Positions 9,313-17,770 of a stretch of 64,000 nucleotides of DNA are shown here, piece after piece (position 1 is the stretch's first letter; the number at the start of each line of letters is the position of its first letter). The position numbers were made by a program, and so were the translations under genes. Below the pieces are notes generated by a model that made no database searches, was not told the origin of the DNA, and saw only the letters and a program-made list of their open reading frames with translations. This DNA comes from [Eubacterium] saphenum (GTDB taxonomy: Bacteria; Bacillota; Clostridia; Lachnospirales; Anaerotignaceae), in the NCBI GenBank assembly GCA_945912105.1, contig CAMEBC010000007.1:19471-83470 (forward strand), in the 5' to 3' direction.

Positions 9313-9421
9313 CTTAGGGGGTCACCCCCTAAGAACCCGATACTGCAGAAGCATGTATATGCTTCTGCAAATGGGGGTACAGGGGAATCATTCCCCTGTC
9401 GGGGTTTGGGGCAGAGCCCCA
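9313..9421 (-). other. Cluster of four consecutive GC-rich hairpins in the acn-icd intercistronic spacer
   Basis: H1 9313-9333 (CTTAGGGGG/CCCCCTAAG), H2 9344-9369 (TGCAGAAGCAT/ATGCTTCTGCA), H3 9379-9399 (ACAGGGGAA/TTCCCCTGT), H4 9407-9421 (TGGGG/CCCCA). Confidence 0.6.
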
Positions 9422-9424
9422 TAA

Positions 9425-11359
9425 TCATTTTCCTTCTTTTGTGTAGTTCAATAAGCCGCCTGCCAGCAGAATGTCACACTGTCTAGCGGAAATATTCAGT
9501 CTTGTGGGGATTTCTTCGCCTGTGCGAACCAGTGTCACCATTACATTCTGGCCTTCCACAGCGCCCTTGATCTGATCTGTTGCGTATTTGATGACGAATT
9601 CATCACCCAGCTTGATATTGTCATAATCCCATTCGTTTACGAATACCAGAGGCAGGATACCGTTGTTGATGAGGTTTGCCATATGGATACGGGCGAAGGA
9701 TTTCGCGATAACACCTTTTACGCCCAGCTGCAGAGGAGCCAGTGCCGCATGTTCACGGCTGCTGCCCTGACCATAGTTCTGACCTGCGATGATAAAGCCG
9801 CCGCCGGCTGCTTTTGCTCTTGCAGGGAATTCAGGGTCGCAGGGTGTCAGGCAATAATCTGCCAGATAAGGCACGTTGGAACGGAAAGGCAGGAGCTTTG
9901 CGTTAGAGGGCATGATGTGGTCTGTGGTGATATTGTCGTCCACTTTGATTAGCGCGCCGCCTTTGATCTCCTTGGGCACCTTTGTATTTTTAGGGAAGGG
10001 CTGGATATTGGGGCCTCTTACCACTTTCACACATTCCCCTTCGGGAGCGGGAGGAATGATGAGGTTATCATTTACCATGAAATGTTCGGGCATGGAAACC
10101 AGAGGTGCTTCGCCCAATGCGTGGGGGTCTGTCAGCACGCCTGCCAATGCACTGGCAACAGCTGTTTCGGGGCTGACAATGTATACCTGTGCGGATTTTG
10201 TGCCGCTTCTGCCTTCAAAGTTTCTGTTGATGGTACGCAGGGAAACGGCATTTGTTGCGGGAGCCTGACCCATACCGATACAAGGGCCGCAGCCACATTC
10301 CAAAATTCTTGCGCCGGCGGAAATGATATCTGCCAATGCGCCGTTGGCAGCCAGCATATTCATGACCTGCTTGGAACCGGGAGCGATAACCAGGCTCACA
10401 TCGGGATGTACAGATTTGCCTTTCAGGAGGGCAGCAACAGTCATCATATCTGTATAGGAAGAGTTTGTGCAGGAACCGATAGCAACCTGATCCACCTTCA
10501 GACCCTCGATGTCTTTGACCTGTTTGATATTATCGGGGGAGTGGGGGCATGCCACCAGAGGAGCGATCTCATCCAGTGCGATGGTCACTTCTTCATCATA
10601 TGTAGCATCTGCATCGGCGCTCAGTTCGATCCAGTCTTCGCCGCGGCCCTGGGCTTCCAGGAATTTCTTTGTCACTTCATCGGAAGGGAATACAGATGTG
10701 GTTGCGCCCAGTTCTGCGCCCATGTTTGTGATGGTTGCTCTCTGGGGAACGCTGAGGGATTTTACACCTTCGCCTGCATATTCCATAACCTTGCCTACGC
10801 CGCCTTTTACGGACAGTCTGCGCAGTACTTCCAGAATCACGTCTTTCGCTGTTACCCAAGGGGAAAGCTTGCCTGTCAGGTTGATTCTGCAAACCTTTGG
10901 CATTGCCAGATAGTAAGCACCGCCGCCCATGGCTACGGCAACATCCAGACCGCCTGCACCGATGGCCAGCATACCGATGCCGCCGCCTGTGGGGGTATGG
11001 CTGTCAGAGCCCAGAAGGGTTTTGCCGGGTTTGCCGAAACGTTCCAGATGTACCTGATGGCAGATACCGTTACCGGGTTTGGAGAAATAAATGCCGTGTT
11101 TGCTGGCAACTGTCTGGATATATTTATGGTCGTCTGCATTTTCAAAACCTGTCTGCAGCGTATTGTGGTCGATATAAGCTACAGATTTTTCTGTTTTGAC
11201 ACGGGGGATGCCGATGGCTTCAAACTGCAGATATGCCATGGTACCTGTGGAATCCTGTGTCAATGTCTGGTCGATCTTGATGGCGATTTCCTTACCGGCT
11301 ACCATTTCGCCGCTTACCAGATGATTTTTGATGAGTTTTTCAGTAATATTCATTCCCAT
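9425..11359 (-). CDS. Aconitate hydratase
   Basis: 644 aa. Fe-S ligand region GSCTNSS and CGPCIGMG; C-terminal swivel domain with GQNYGQGSSREHAA. Confidence 0.9.
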   Translation of the reverse strand: MGMNITEKLIKNHLVSGEMVAGKEIAIKIDQTLTQDSTGTMAYLQFEAIGIPRVKTEKSVAYIDHNTLQTGFENADDHKYIQTVASKHGIYFSKPGNGICHQVHLERFGKPGKTLLGSDSHTPTGGGIGMLAIGAGGLDVAVAMGGGAYYLAMPKVCRINLTGKLSPWVTAKDVILEVLRRLSVKGGVGKVMEYAGEGVKSLSVPQRATITNMGAELGATTSVFPSDEVTKKFLEAQGRGEDWIELSADADATYDEEVTIALDEIAPLVACPHSPDNIKQVKDIEGLKVDQVAIGSCTNSSYTDMMTVAALLKGKSVHPDVSLVIAPGSKQVMNMLAANGALADIISAGARILECGCGPCIGMGQAPATNAVSLRTINRNFEGRSGTKSAQVYIVSPETAVASALAGVLTDPHALGEAPLVSMPEHFMVNDNLIIPPAPEGECVKVVRGPNIQPFPKNTKVPKEIKGGALIKVDDNITTDHIMPSNAKLLPFRSNVPYLADYCLTPCDPEFPARAKAAGGGFIIAGQNYGQGSSREHAALAPLQLGVKGVIAKSFARIHMANLINNGILPLVFVNEWDYDNIKLGDEFVIKYATDQIKGAVEGQNVMVTLVRTGEEIPTRLNISARQCDILLAGGLLNYTKEGK

Positions 11360-11409
11360 ATTTTTTTCCTCCTCAGAAAAAATAAGATTTATCTTATGAT
11401 TTTTTGTGA

Positions 11410-12795
11410 TTAAAGGATGCCTGCCTGTTTTGCCAAATCAGGGAGCAGTTCGGACAGGGCAGCTTCCATTTCTTCTTCACTGATGAAGGTCATACGGCCA
11501 TCGCTGTACTGCTTGTCGACCCATTCCTTCAGGATGACAGTACGAGGGTCGTTTTTATCCAGCTTTTCGCTGTCTGTCAGCTTCAATGTCTGGTTCAGCC
11601 AGTAAGCAACGCCGGCCAGACCGGAGTTTTTATTCACTTCTACGCTCAGGGGACGGTTCAGCAGCTTGCCTGTGTTGAAGATGTTGTAGATCTCTTCATC
11701 CTTGGCAACGCCGTCTGCGTGGATGCCGGCTCTGGTCACGTTGAAGTCTCTGCCTACGAAAGGTGTGCGAGGGGGAATCTTGTAGCCCAGTTCTTTTTCG
11801 TAGTATTCAGCGATCTCTGTAATGACTGTGGTATCCATGCCGTCCAAAGTACCTCTCAGGGAAGCATATTCCATGACCATGGCTTCCAGAGGGGTGTTGC
11901 CTGTCCGTTCGCCAATGCCCAGCAGAGAGCAGTTGACAGAGGAACAGCCATACAGCCATGCAGTAGAAGCATTTACGACTGCCTTGTAGAAGTCGTTATG
12001 ACCATGCCATTCCAGCTGTTCACTGGGGATCTGGGCGAAGTGGTTGACACCGTAGATGATACCGCCCACGGAACGGGGCAGGGTAGCACCGGGGTAAGGT
12101 ACGCCATAGCCCATAGTATCGCAGAAACGGATTTTTACAGGAACCTGATATTTATCCATCAGCTTTTTCAGCTCTGTGGCAAAGGGAACAACACAGCCAT
12201 AGAAGTCGGCTCTTGTGACGTCTTCAAAGTGACAGCGGGGGGTGATGCCCATATCCAGCGCCGCTTCCACGATCTCCAGATAGCCTTCGATGGCTTGTTT
12301 TCTGGTTTTATGTAATTTATTGAAGATGTGATAGTCGGAACAGGAAACCAAAATGCCGCATTCGGGCATGCCCATTTCTTTTACCAGCTTGAAATCTTCT
12401 TTTGTGGCTCTGATCCAGCCTGTGATCTCGGGGAATTCAAAGCCCATTTCACGGCAGGCTTCGATGGCTCTGCGGTCATTTTCGCTGTAGAGGAAAAATT
12501 CGCATTGTCTGATCTTGCCCTTGGGGCCCCCCAGTCTGTGCATCATTTCATACAGTGTTTTGATCTGTTTCACTGTATAAGGGGCGCGGGACTGCTGACC
12601 GTCGCGGAAGGTGGTATCTGTCAGCCAGATTTCATCAGGCACATTCATGGGAACCTGACGATAGTTGAAAGTAACCTTGGGCACTTCATCATAGCTGTAG
12701 TTGTCGCGGTAAAGGTTGGGTTCGGGGATATCCTGCAGGCTGTACTTATATCGTCTCAGTTCCAGCAGGTTGGTTTTGTCATTATAAGTGATCAA
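11410..12795 (-). CDS. Homocitrate synthase / Re-citrate synthase family enzyme (HMGL-like); probable citrate (Re)-synthase by context
   Basis: ORF 11410..12840. TTG at 12795 has a GGAG RBS 8 nt upstream (alternative start 12840). Motifs LTDTTFRDGQQS and HGHNDF. Sits in the same operon as aconitase and IDH. Confidence 0.7.
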   Translation of the reverse strand: MITYNDKTNLLELRRYKYSLQDIPEPNLYRDNYSYDEVPKVTFNYRQVPMNVPDEIWLTDTTFRDGQQSRAPYTVKQIKTLYEMMHRLGGPKGKIRQCEFFLYSENDRRAIEACREMGFEFPEITGWIRATKEDFKLVKEMGMPECGILVSCSDYHIFNKLHKTRKQAIEGYLEIVEAALDMGITPRCHFEDVTRADFYGCVVPFATELKKLMDKYQVPVKIRFCDTMGYGVPYPGATLPRSVGGIIYGVNHFAQIPSEQLEWHGHNDFYKAVVNASTAWLYGCSSVNCSLLGIGERTGNTPLEAMVMEYASLRGTLDGMDTTVITEIAEYYEKELGYKIPPRTPFVGRDFNVTRAGIHADGVAKDEEIYNIFNTGKLLNRPLSVEVNKNSGLAGVAYWLNQTLKLTDSEKLDKNDPRTVILKEWVDKQYSDGRMTFISEEEMEAALSELLPDLAKQAGIL

Positions 12796-13168
12796 AGCTA
12801 TCACTCCTTCTATTGTTATTTGTTTGTTCCACAAGAACAACTGCTTTTGTATTGCTCTTTATATTTATAGAATATATCAATAAAACTATCTTTTGTCAAC
12901 AAAAATAATAAAAATACTTAATAAATGATTTTTTATTTATATAACAGTATGAAACTCTGAATTCTCAATATTTTAGAATGTTTAATAGAATATTTTATGT
13001 TTATAGATTAATTCAAAAATTGAATGTATTTAAGTTTAATATTGAAATTGATTCGGAAAATCTATAGATAAATTAATGAAACAAAAAGCGATATTTTGAC
13101 GTATTCTGTCATTTTCCTTTCTTCGCCATTATGGTATAATCTTTTTAGAAATTGTTTAGGAGGTCAAT

Positions 13169-13411
13169 ATGGAACAGAAAGAACTGAAAAGACTTCTGCA
13201 GATCACGCAGGAGATCTATGAAAAGAAAAACGAGGTTGATGCCACAGATATCTATAAAGCTGCGGGCATCACTGCCGCAGAAGCCAATGCGTTTATTCTG
13301 AAAGCAGAGGAAGAAAACCTTGCGGATGTGGTAGAGATCGATATGTGCTGTGGTGCGGATTATGTCATCAAAGGTCTGACGAAAAAAGGCCTGGCATTGA
13401 TCGCAGAATAA
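13169..13411 (+). CDS. Small hypothetical protein (80 aa)
   Basis: ATG follows an AGGAGG RBS, preceded by an extended -10 (TGGTATAAT) and followed by a terminator. No family recognised. Confidence 0.55.
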   Translation: MEQKELKRLLQITQEIYEKKNEVDATDIYKAAGITAAEANAFILKAEEENLADVVEIDMCCGADYVIKGLTKKGLALIAE

Positions 13412-13416
13412 ACAAA

Positions 13417-13451
13417 GAAAAGACCGCTTGAAAAAATCAGCGGTCTTTTTT
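13417..13451. terminator. Bidirectional rho-independent terminator
   Basis: AAGACCGCT pairs with AGCGGTCTT, with an A-run and a T-run. Lies between convergent genes. Confidence 0.75.
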
Positions 13452-13455
13452 GTGG

Positions 13456-14013
13456 TCAAAATAAATCCTGCAGTGCCTGCAAAAATAATTCTCTGTCCCA
13501 GCGGTTTTCTTCGGCAAGCCCTGTGTAGGGATTTCCGCCTTCCGAAAGGGCATATTCATCTCGTTCTTTTTCCAGCAAAGGGTCTCCCTGGCGGATGGCG
13601 CGGCAGAAGCGTTCCAGACAGGTATTTCGGAGATATTCCACATCCCCAAAACAGACTTCTTCAAACTGCTGCGACATGAAGGAAAGCAGCTCGCTGTCCG
13701 TCAGCAGGTCGAAGGATTCATTTTTATATTCGTAAAAGATATCCTGTAATTCTGTCAGTGTCTCTACATAGGTTTCCTGGGTGATATACGCAGAATCACA
13801 GAAGGCATCGATCAGGGCAGGCAGGATGCCTGCACCGAATTCCAGCCGTTCCTGCTGCCGCAAAGCAGTTTTCCGTTCGGAAAGGAGCAGCTTTGCATCG
13901 GCTTCCGTCAGGGCCAGCCCAAAGGCGGCAGTTTTACTGTTGCAGTCCAGCAAGCATGCCAGTTGTTTCTTTTCCTGTTCCAATTGCATCAATTCCATGA
14001 GATTTTCCTTCAA
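13456..14013 (-). CDS. Conserved hypothetical protein (from memory resembles DUF6323; unverified)
   Basis: 185 aa. TTG start follows an AAGGAGGG RBS, 14 nt after the stop of the upstream gene. Acidic, helical composition. Confidence 0.6.
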   Translation of the reverse strand: MKENLMELMQLEQEKKQLACLLDCNSKTAAFGLALTEADAKLLLSERKTALRQQERLEFGAGILPALIDAFCDSAYITQETYVETLTELQDIFYEYKNESFDLLTDSELLSFMSQQFEEVCFGDVEYLRNTCLERFCRAIRQGDPLLEKERDEYALSEGGNPYTGLAEENRWDRELFLQALQDLF

Positions 14014-14027
14014 ATCGATCCCTCCTT

Positions 14028-14855
14028 TTATACGATGTGAGACAGACAGTCCTTTTCCAGTCCCAGCCGAAGCTCTGCGGCAATATCCCCCACAGCATAT
14101 TCCAGATATGTTTCCATAGCTGTATCCTGCGGAAAATACTGGGCAAGGAACTGTTGGAAAAGGGTGGTAAGCTTTTCTTTCAAGGCTTCTTTTGACAGCC
14201 CATTGAGCTTGGTTCGCAGATTTTCATAATCAATATCGCTGAATCGTTCTTTTTCCTGATGGATATCCAGCAAAAGCAGGCAGAGCAGTTTTTTCAGCAC
14301 ATGATAGGGCAGGTTCAAAAACAGCCCTTCCCATTGGGGATGATGCTTGAAAAGGGCGGAACAGACAAATTCCTCGGAAAAACAACATAAAAACCGTTGT
14401 TCAATTTCAATACATTCCAAATAGGCCGCGATCCGATCAATGCCGCAAAGTGCTTCCAAGGGTAGAAGCAGAGGATAATCTAATGTGAGGATATGCTCCT
14501 GTGGGGCAAACAGAGGGTCATACCAGCGGAAAAAAGCAGGAAAGCCTTGAGCTATGGTTTCTTCATAGGCCCGATTCCCGTAGGAAGAGAAACGTTCCAT
14601 CATGGCATTGTATCGCTCTGCTGTCAGCTTTGTTTTTCTTAAGACTGCTTCATACCCAAGGGCATAGGCATCGGCGGCAGAAAGTACTGCCACGGGCAGG
14701 TCTGCAGAAGCATGTTCCATCTCCTGTATACAATATAGCACTGCTTCCATCAGCTTCTGTGCCGTCTCATAGGAAATAGAAGTGCTTTCGTTTCGTGTAT
14801 ACTTTCTGGAAAGGCTTTCTACGATAGGCAAAAGCTCTGCAAGTTCATATTCCAT
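14028..14855 (-). CDS. Conserved hypothetical protein (from memory resembles DUF6179; unverified)
   Basis: ORF 14028..14873. ATG at 14855 follows an AAGGAGGG RBS. Helical, Leu-rich. Appears translationally coupled to the downstream 185-aa gene. Confidence 0.6.
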   Translation of the reverse strand: MEYELAELLPIVESLSRKYTRNESTSISYETAQKLMEAVLYCIQEMEHASADLPVAVLSAADAYALGYEAVLRKTKLTAERYNAMMERFSSYGNRAYEETIAQGFPAFFRWYDPLFAPQEHILTLDYPLLLPLEALCGIDRIAAYLECIEIEQRFLCCFSEEFVCSALFKHHPQWEGLFLNLPYHVLKKLLCLLLLDIHQEKERFSDIDYENLRTKLNGLSKEALKEKLTTLFQQFLAQYFPQDTAMETYLEYAVGDIAAELRLGLEKDCLSHIV

Positions 14856-15104
14856 AGTATCCCTCCTTTTCATCTTTGGACTGTGATTATACAGCGGATA
14901 GCAGAGAGGAACAAGACTTGAAAAAATGGCGATTTTGTGGTAATATAAATACAGAAAAAATAAAAAAAATCCGAATTTTTCATGGTTTCATGTCAAATTC
15001 GGATTTTTTCTTTCCTTATGCTGAAATGACCGTCCCTTGCTATTTACAGATGCTTGTGCTATATTTAGAAATAAAATTCTTTCCTGGAAGAGGGGAAAGA
15101 ACAG

Positions 15105-15884
15105 ATGGGAGAGATCAAAATGACTGAGCGTTTTGAAGTGACTGTTCCTGTACCGGGGGGATATGAGGAACGTTATGTTTATATTTACTTGCCGAAATCT
15201 TATTTCCATCAGGAGGAAAGAAGATATCCTGTCCTATATATGTTCGACGGGCATAATGTGTTTTTTGATGAGGATGCGACTTATGGCAAATCTTGGGGAA
15301 TGGAACGATATATGGACCGTTCCCATACCCAGATGATCATTGTTGCGGTGGAATGCAGCCACGATCCCGATAATGGCAGATTGAAGGAATATGCGCCTTT
15401 TTCCTTCCGCAATCCGGAGGTTGGTGAGATCATTGGTACAGGCGAGAGGACTATGGATTGGTTTGCCTATGAATTGAAGCCATCCATCGATGAAAGCTTC
15501 CGTACCCTGCCCGGCAGAAACCATACCTTTATCGCCGGCAGTTCTATGGGCGGGCTGATGAGCCTGTACGCATTGATGCAGTATAATCATATCTATTCCA
15601 GGGCGGCAGCCTTGTCTCCTTCTTTGTGGACAGACCCCAGAAAGGTAAAGAATATGATCACCCGGGCAAAGCTGGATCCCCATACTATTTTATATATGGA
15701 TTATGGTTCTGAGGAATGGAAAAATCATAAAGGGATCCGCCGCTTGTTTGGCGATGTTTCCTATATGCTGATACAGAAAGGCGTTCTGCTGAACAGCCGC
15801 ATCGTGCCCTATGGAGAACATTGCGAAGCCAGCTGGGAACGGCAGATTCCTTTTTTTATGAAAACATTGTTGTATCGAGGATGA
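15105..15884 (+). CDS. Alpha/beta hydrolase, putative esterase family (esterase D / enterochelin esterase-like)
   Basis: YPVLYMFDGHN and nucleophile elbow GSSMGG, plus a C-terminal His region (GEHCEASW). Confidence 0.7.
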   Translation: MGEIKMTERFEVTVPVPGGYEERYVYIYLPKSYFHQEERRYPVLYMFDGHNVFFDEDATYGKSWGMERYMDRSHTQMIIVAVECSHDPDNGRLKEYAPFSFRNPEVGEIIGTGERTMDWFAYELKPSIDESFRTLPGRNHTFIAGSSMGGLMSLYALMQYNHIYSRAAALSPSLWTDPRKVKNMITRAKLDPHTILYMDYGSEEWKNHKGIRRLFGDVSYMLIQKGVLLNSRIVPYGEHCEASWERQIPFFMKTLLYRG

Positions 15885-15927
15885 ATAAACATTTTACAAA
15901 AGATATTTGAAAAGAACGGAGGTACCT

Positions 15928-17121
15928 ATGAAGAATTTTGTATTTATTTCCCCTAATTTCCCTACAAACTACTGGAGATTTTGCCGTGAATTGAAGAATA
16001 ACGGTCTGAATGTACTGGGCATCGGCGATCAGCCCTATGATGAGCTGAGCAATGATCTGAAAAACAGCCTGAATGAGTACTATAAGGTAAGCAGTCTGGA
16101 AAATGAGGATGAAGTTTACCGTGCAGTGGCTTTCTTTATTTTTAAATATGGCCGCATCGACTGGCTGGAATCCAATAATGAATATTGGCTGGAAAAAGAC
16201 GCTAAGCTGCGGACAGATTTCAATATCACATCCGGTTTCCAGACCGCCGATATTCCCCGCATCAAGTACAAATCCCAAATGAAGCAATACTATAAAAAAG
16301 CAGGTCTGGCTGTGGCTCGCTATTATCTGGTGAAAGATCTGGAAGGCTGTAAAAAGTTCATCAAAAAAGTGGGTTATCCCGTTGTGGCAAAGCCCGATAA
16401 TGGCGTAGGCGCATCCCATAATTTTAAAATTGAGAATGAGGAACAGTTGGTAGATTTCTATGGGAAGAGACACGAAGGTGTCACATATATCATGGAAGAA
16501 TTCGTAAACGGTCAGGTTTGTTCCTATGATGCCATTGTGGATTCCAAGGGTGACATTATGTTCGAAGCAGGCAATCTGACACCCGGCTCTATCATGGATA
16601 TGGTAAATAAAAATGATGACTGCAAATTCTGTATCCTGAAAGAATTGCCGGAGGATACAAAAAAAGCAGGCCGAGCAACGGTAAAACACTTCGGTGTAAA
16701 GAGCCGCTTCGTCCATCTGGAATTTTTCCGCCTGACACAGGATCAGAAAGGTCTGGGCAAGAAGGGCGATATCATGGGTCTGGAAGTCAATATGCGCCCC
16801 AGTGGCGGTTTCTCTCCCGATATGATCAACTTTGCCCACAGCACAGATGTTTACAAGATCTGGGCAGATATGATCGCTTTTGACAAATCCACAAAACCCG
16901 AAGGGGAACACAACTACTGCGCTTATGTTGGTCGGAAAGATGGCAAGGATTATGTGATGGATCACAATGCGGTCATGGAAAAATACGGCGCCAACATCAA
17001 AATGGCAGAACGTTTGCCCGATGCATTGTCTGCCGCCATGGGCAATCAGTTTTACATGGCAAATTTCCAGACAGAAGAAGAAATGAACGAATATTTCGAA
17101 ACGGTAACAGAACTGAGATAA
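15928..17121 (+). CDS. ATP-grasp domain protein (carboxylate-amine ligase type, substrate unknown)
   Basis: ORF 15907..17121. ATG at 15928 follows a GGAGG RBS. GYPVVAKPDNGVGA and EEFVNG are typical of ATP-grasp folds. Confidence 0.75.
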   Translation: MKNFVFISPNFPTNYWRFCRELKNNGLNVLGIGDQPYDELSNDLKNSLNEYYKVSSLENEDEVYRAVAFFIFKYGRIDWLESNNEYWLEKDAKLRTDFNITSGFQTADIPRIKYKSQMKQYYKKAGLAVARYYLVKDLEGCKKFIKKVGYPVVAKPDNGVGASHNFKIENEEQLVDFYGKRHEGVTYIMEEFVNGQVCSYDAIVDSKGDIMFEAGNLTPGSIMDMVNKNDDCKFCILKELPEDTKKAGRATVKHFGVKSRFVHLEFFRLTQDQKGLGKKGDIMGLEVNMRPSGGFSPDMINFAHSTDVYKIWADMIAFDKSTKPEGEHNYCAYVGRKDGKDYVMDHNAVMEKYGANIKMAERLPDALSAAMGNQFYMANFQTEEEMNEYFETVTELR

Positions 17122-17134
17122 ATGGCATAAAAAG

Positions 17135-17213
17135 AAGGACGGCATGAGAGGAGTCCCAATAAGAAAACAAAATGTTTCTTATTTCGGGACATCCTCTAAA
17201 GCCGTCCTTTTTT
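17135..17213 (+). terminator. Unusually long composite terminator hairpin after the ATP-grasp gene
   Basis: Outer stem AAGGACGGC (17135-43) pairs with GCCGTCCTT (17201-09), followed by a T-run. It encloses a ~22-bp imperfect hairpin: AGAGGA-GTCCC-AATAAGAAAACA pairing with TGTTTCTTATT-GGGAC-TCCTCT. Confidence 0.6.
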
Positions 17214-17248
17214 CGTTTTTATTTTTCTGTTCCGGATAATTCGCCGGC

Positions 17249-17770
17249 TCATTCAAACCCTTTTTTCGCAACGACTACGGCGATCATTTTATTCAAAACA
17301 GCCGCAGCGGCAATGGTACCCTGAATGATTGCGGCACATTCAGGAACAGGCCCCGACAGAATGGAAACGGTGATACCGGTAAATACCAGAGATACGCCGG
17401 AGTGGGGCAGCAGTGTAAATCCAAGATATTTCTGGACAGTGGGCTGCATCCCTGTGATTTTTGCCCCAAAACGTGCCCCGAAATATTTGCCGCAGGCACG
17501 AACCACAATATAAATAAGGGTATAAAAACCTGCGCCCAGAATAGCATGATAATCAAGGGGTGCCCCCAGATTCAGGATAACGATGATCATAAAAATGCCC
17601 AGCAGAGGGTTGAAATCACGGATGATCTGTTCCAGACGTTCTTCAGAGACCATGTTGGAGAAGGTAGCGGAAAACGCCATGCCCATCAGCATGAAATTCA
17701 GAAGAGGGGAGGGCATCAGGTATGTGTTGCACAAATATCCTACAAAAGCTGTTACAATGACCATCCCCAT
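17249..17770 (-). pseudogene. 5'-truncated cation:proton antiporter (Na+/H+ exchanger family) remnant
   Basis: The 173-aa ORF is made only of C-terminal-type TM helices (GAPLDYHAILGAGFYTLIYIVVRACGKYFG, GFTLLPHSGVSL). It has no RBS and overlaps the TetR ORF by 128 nt in another frame. Confidence 0.5.
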
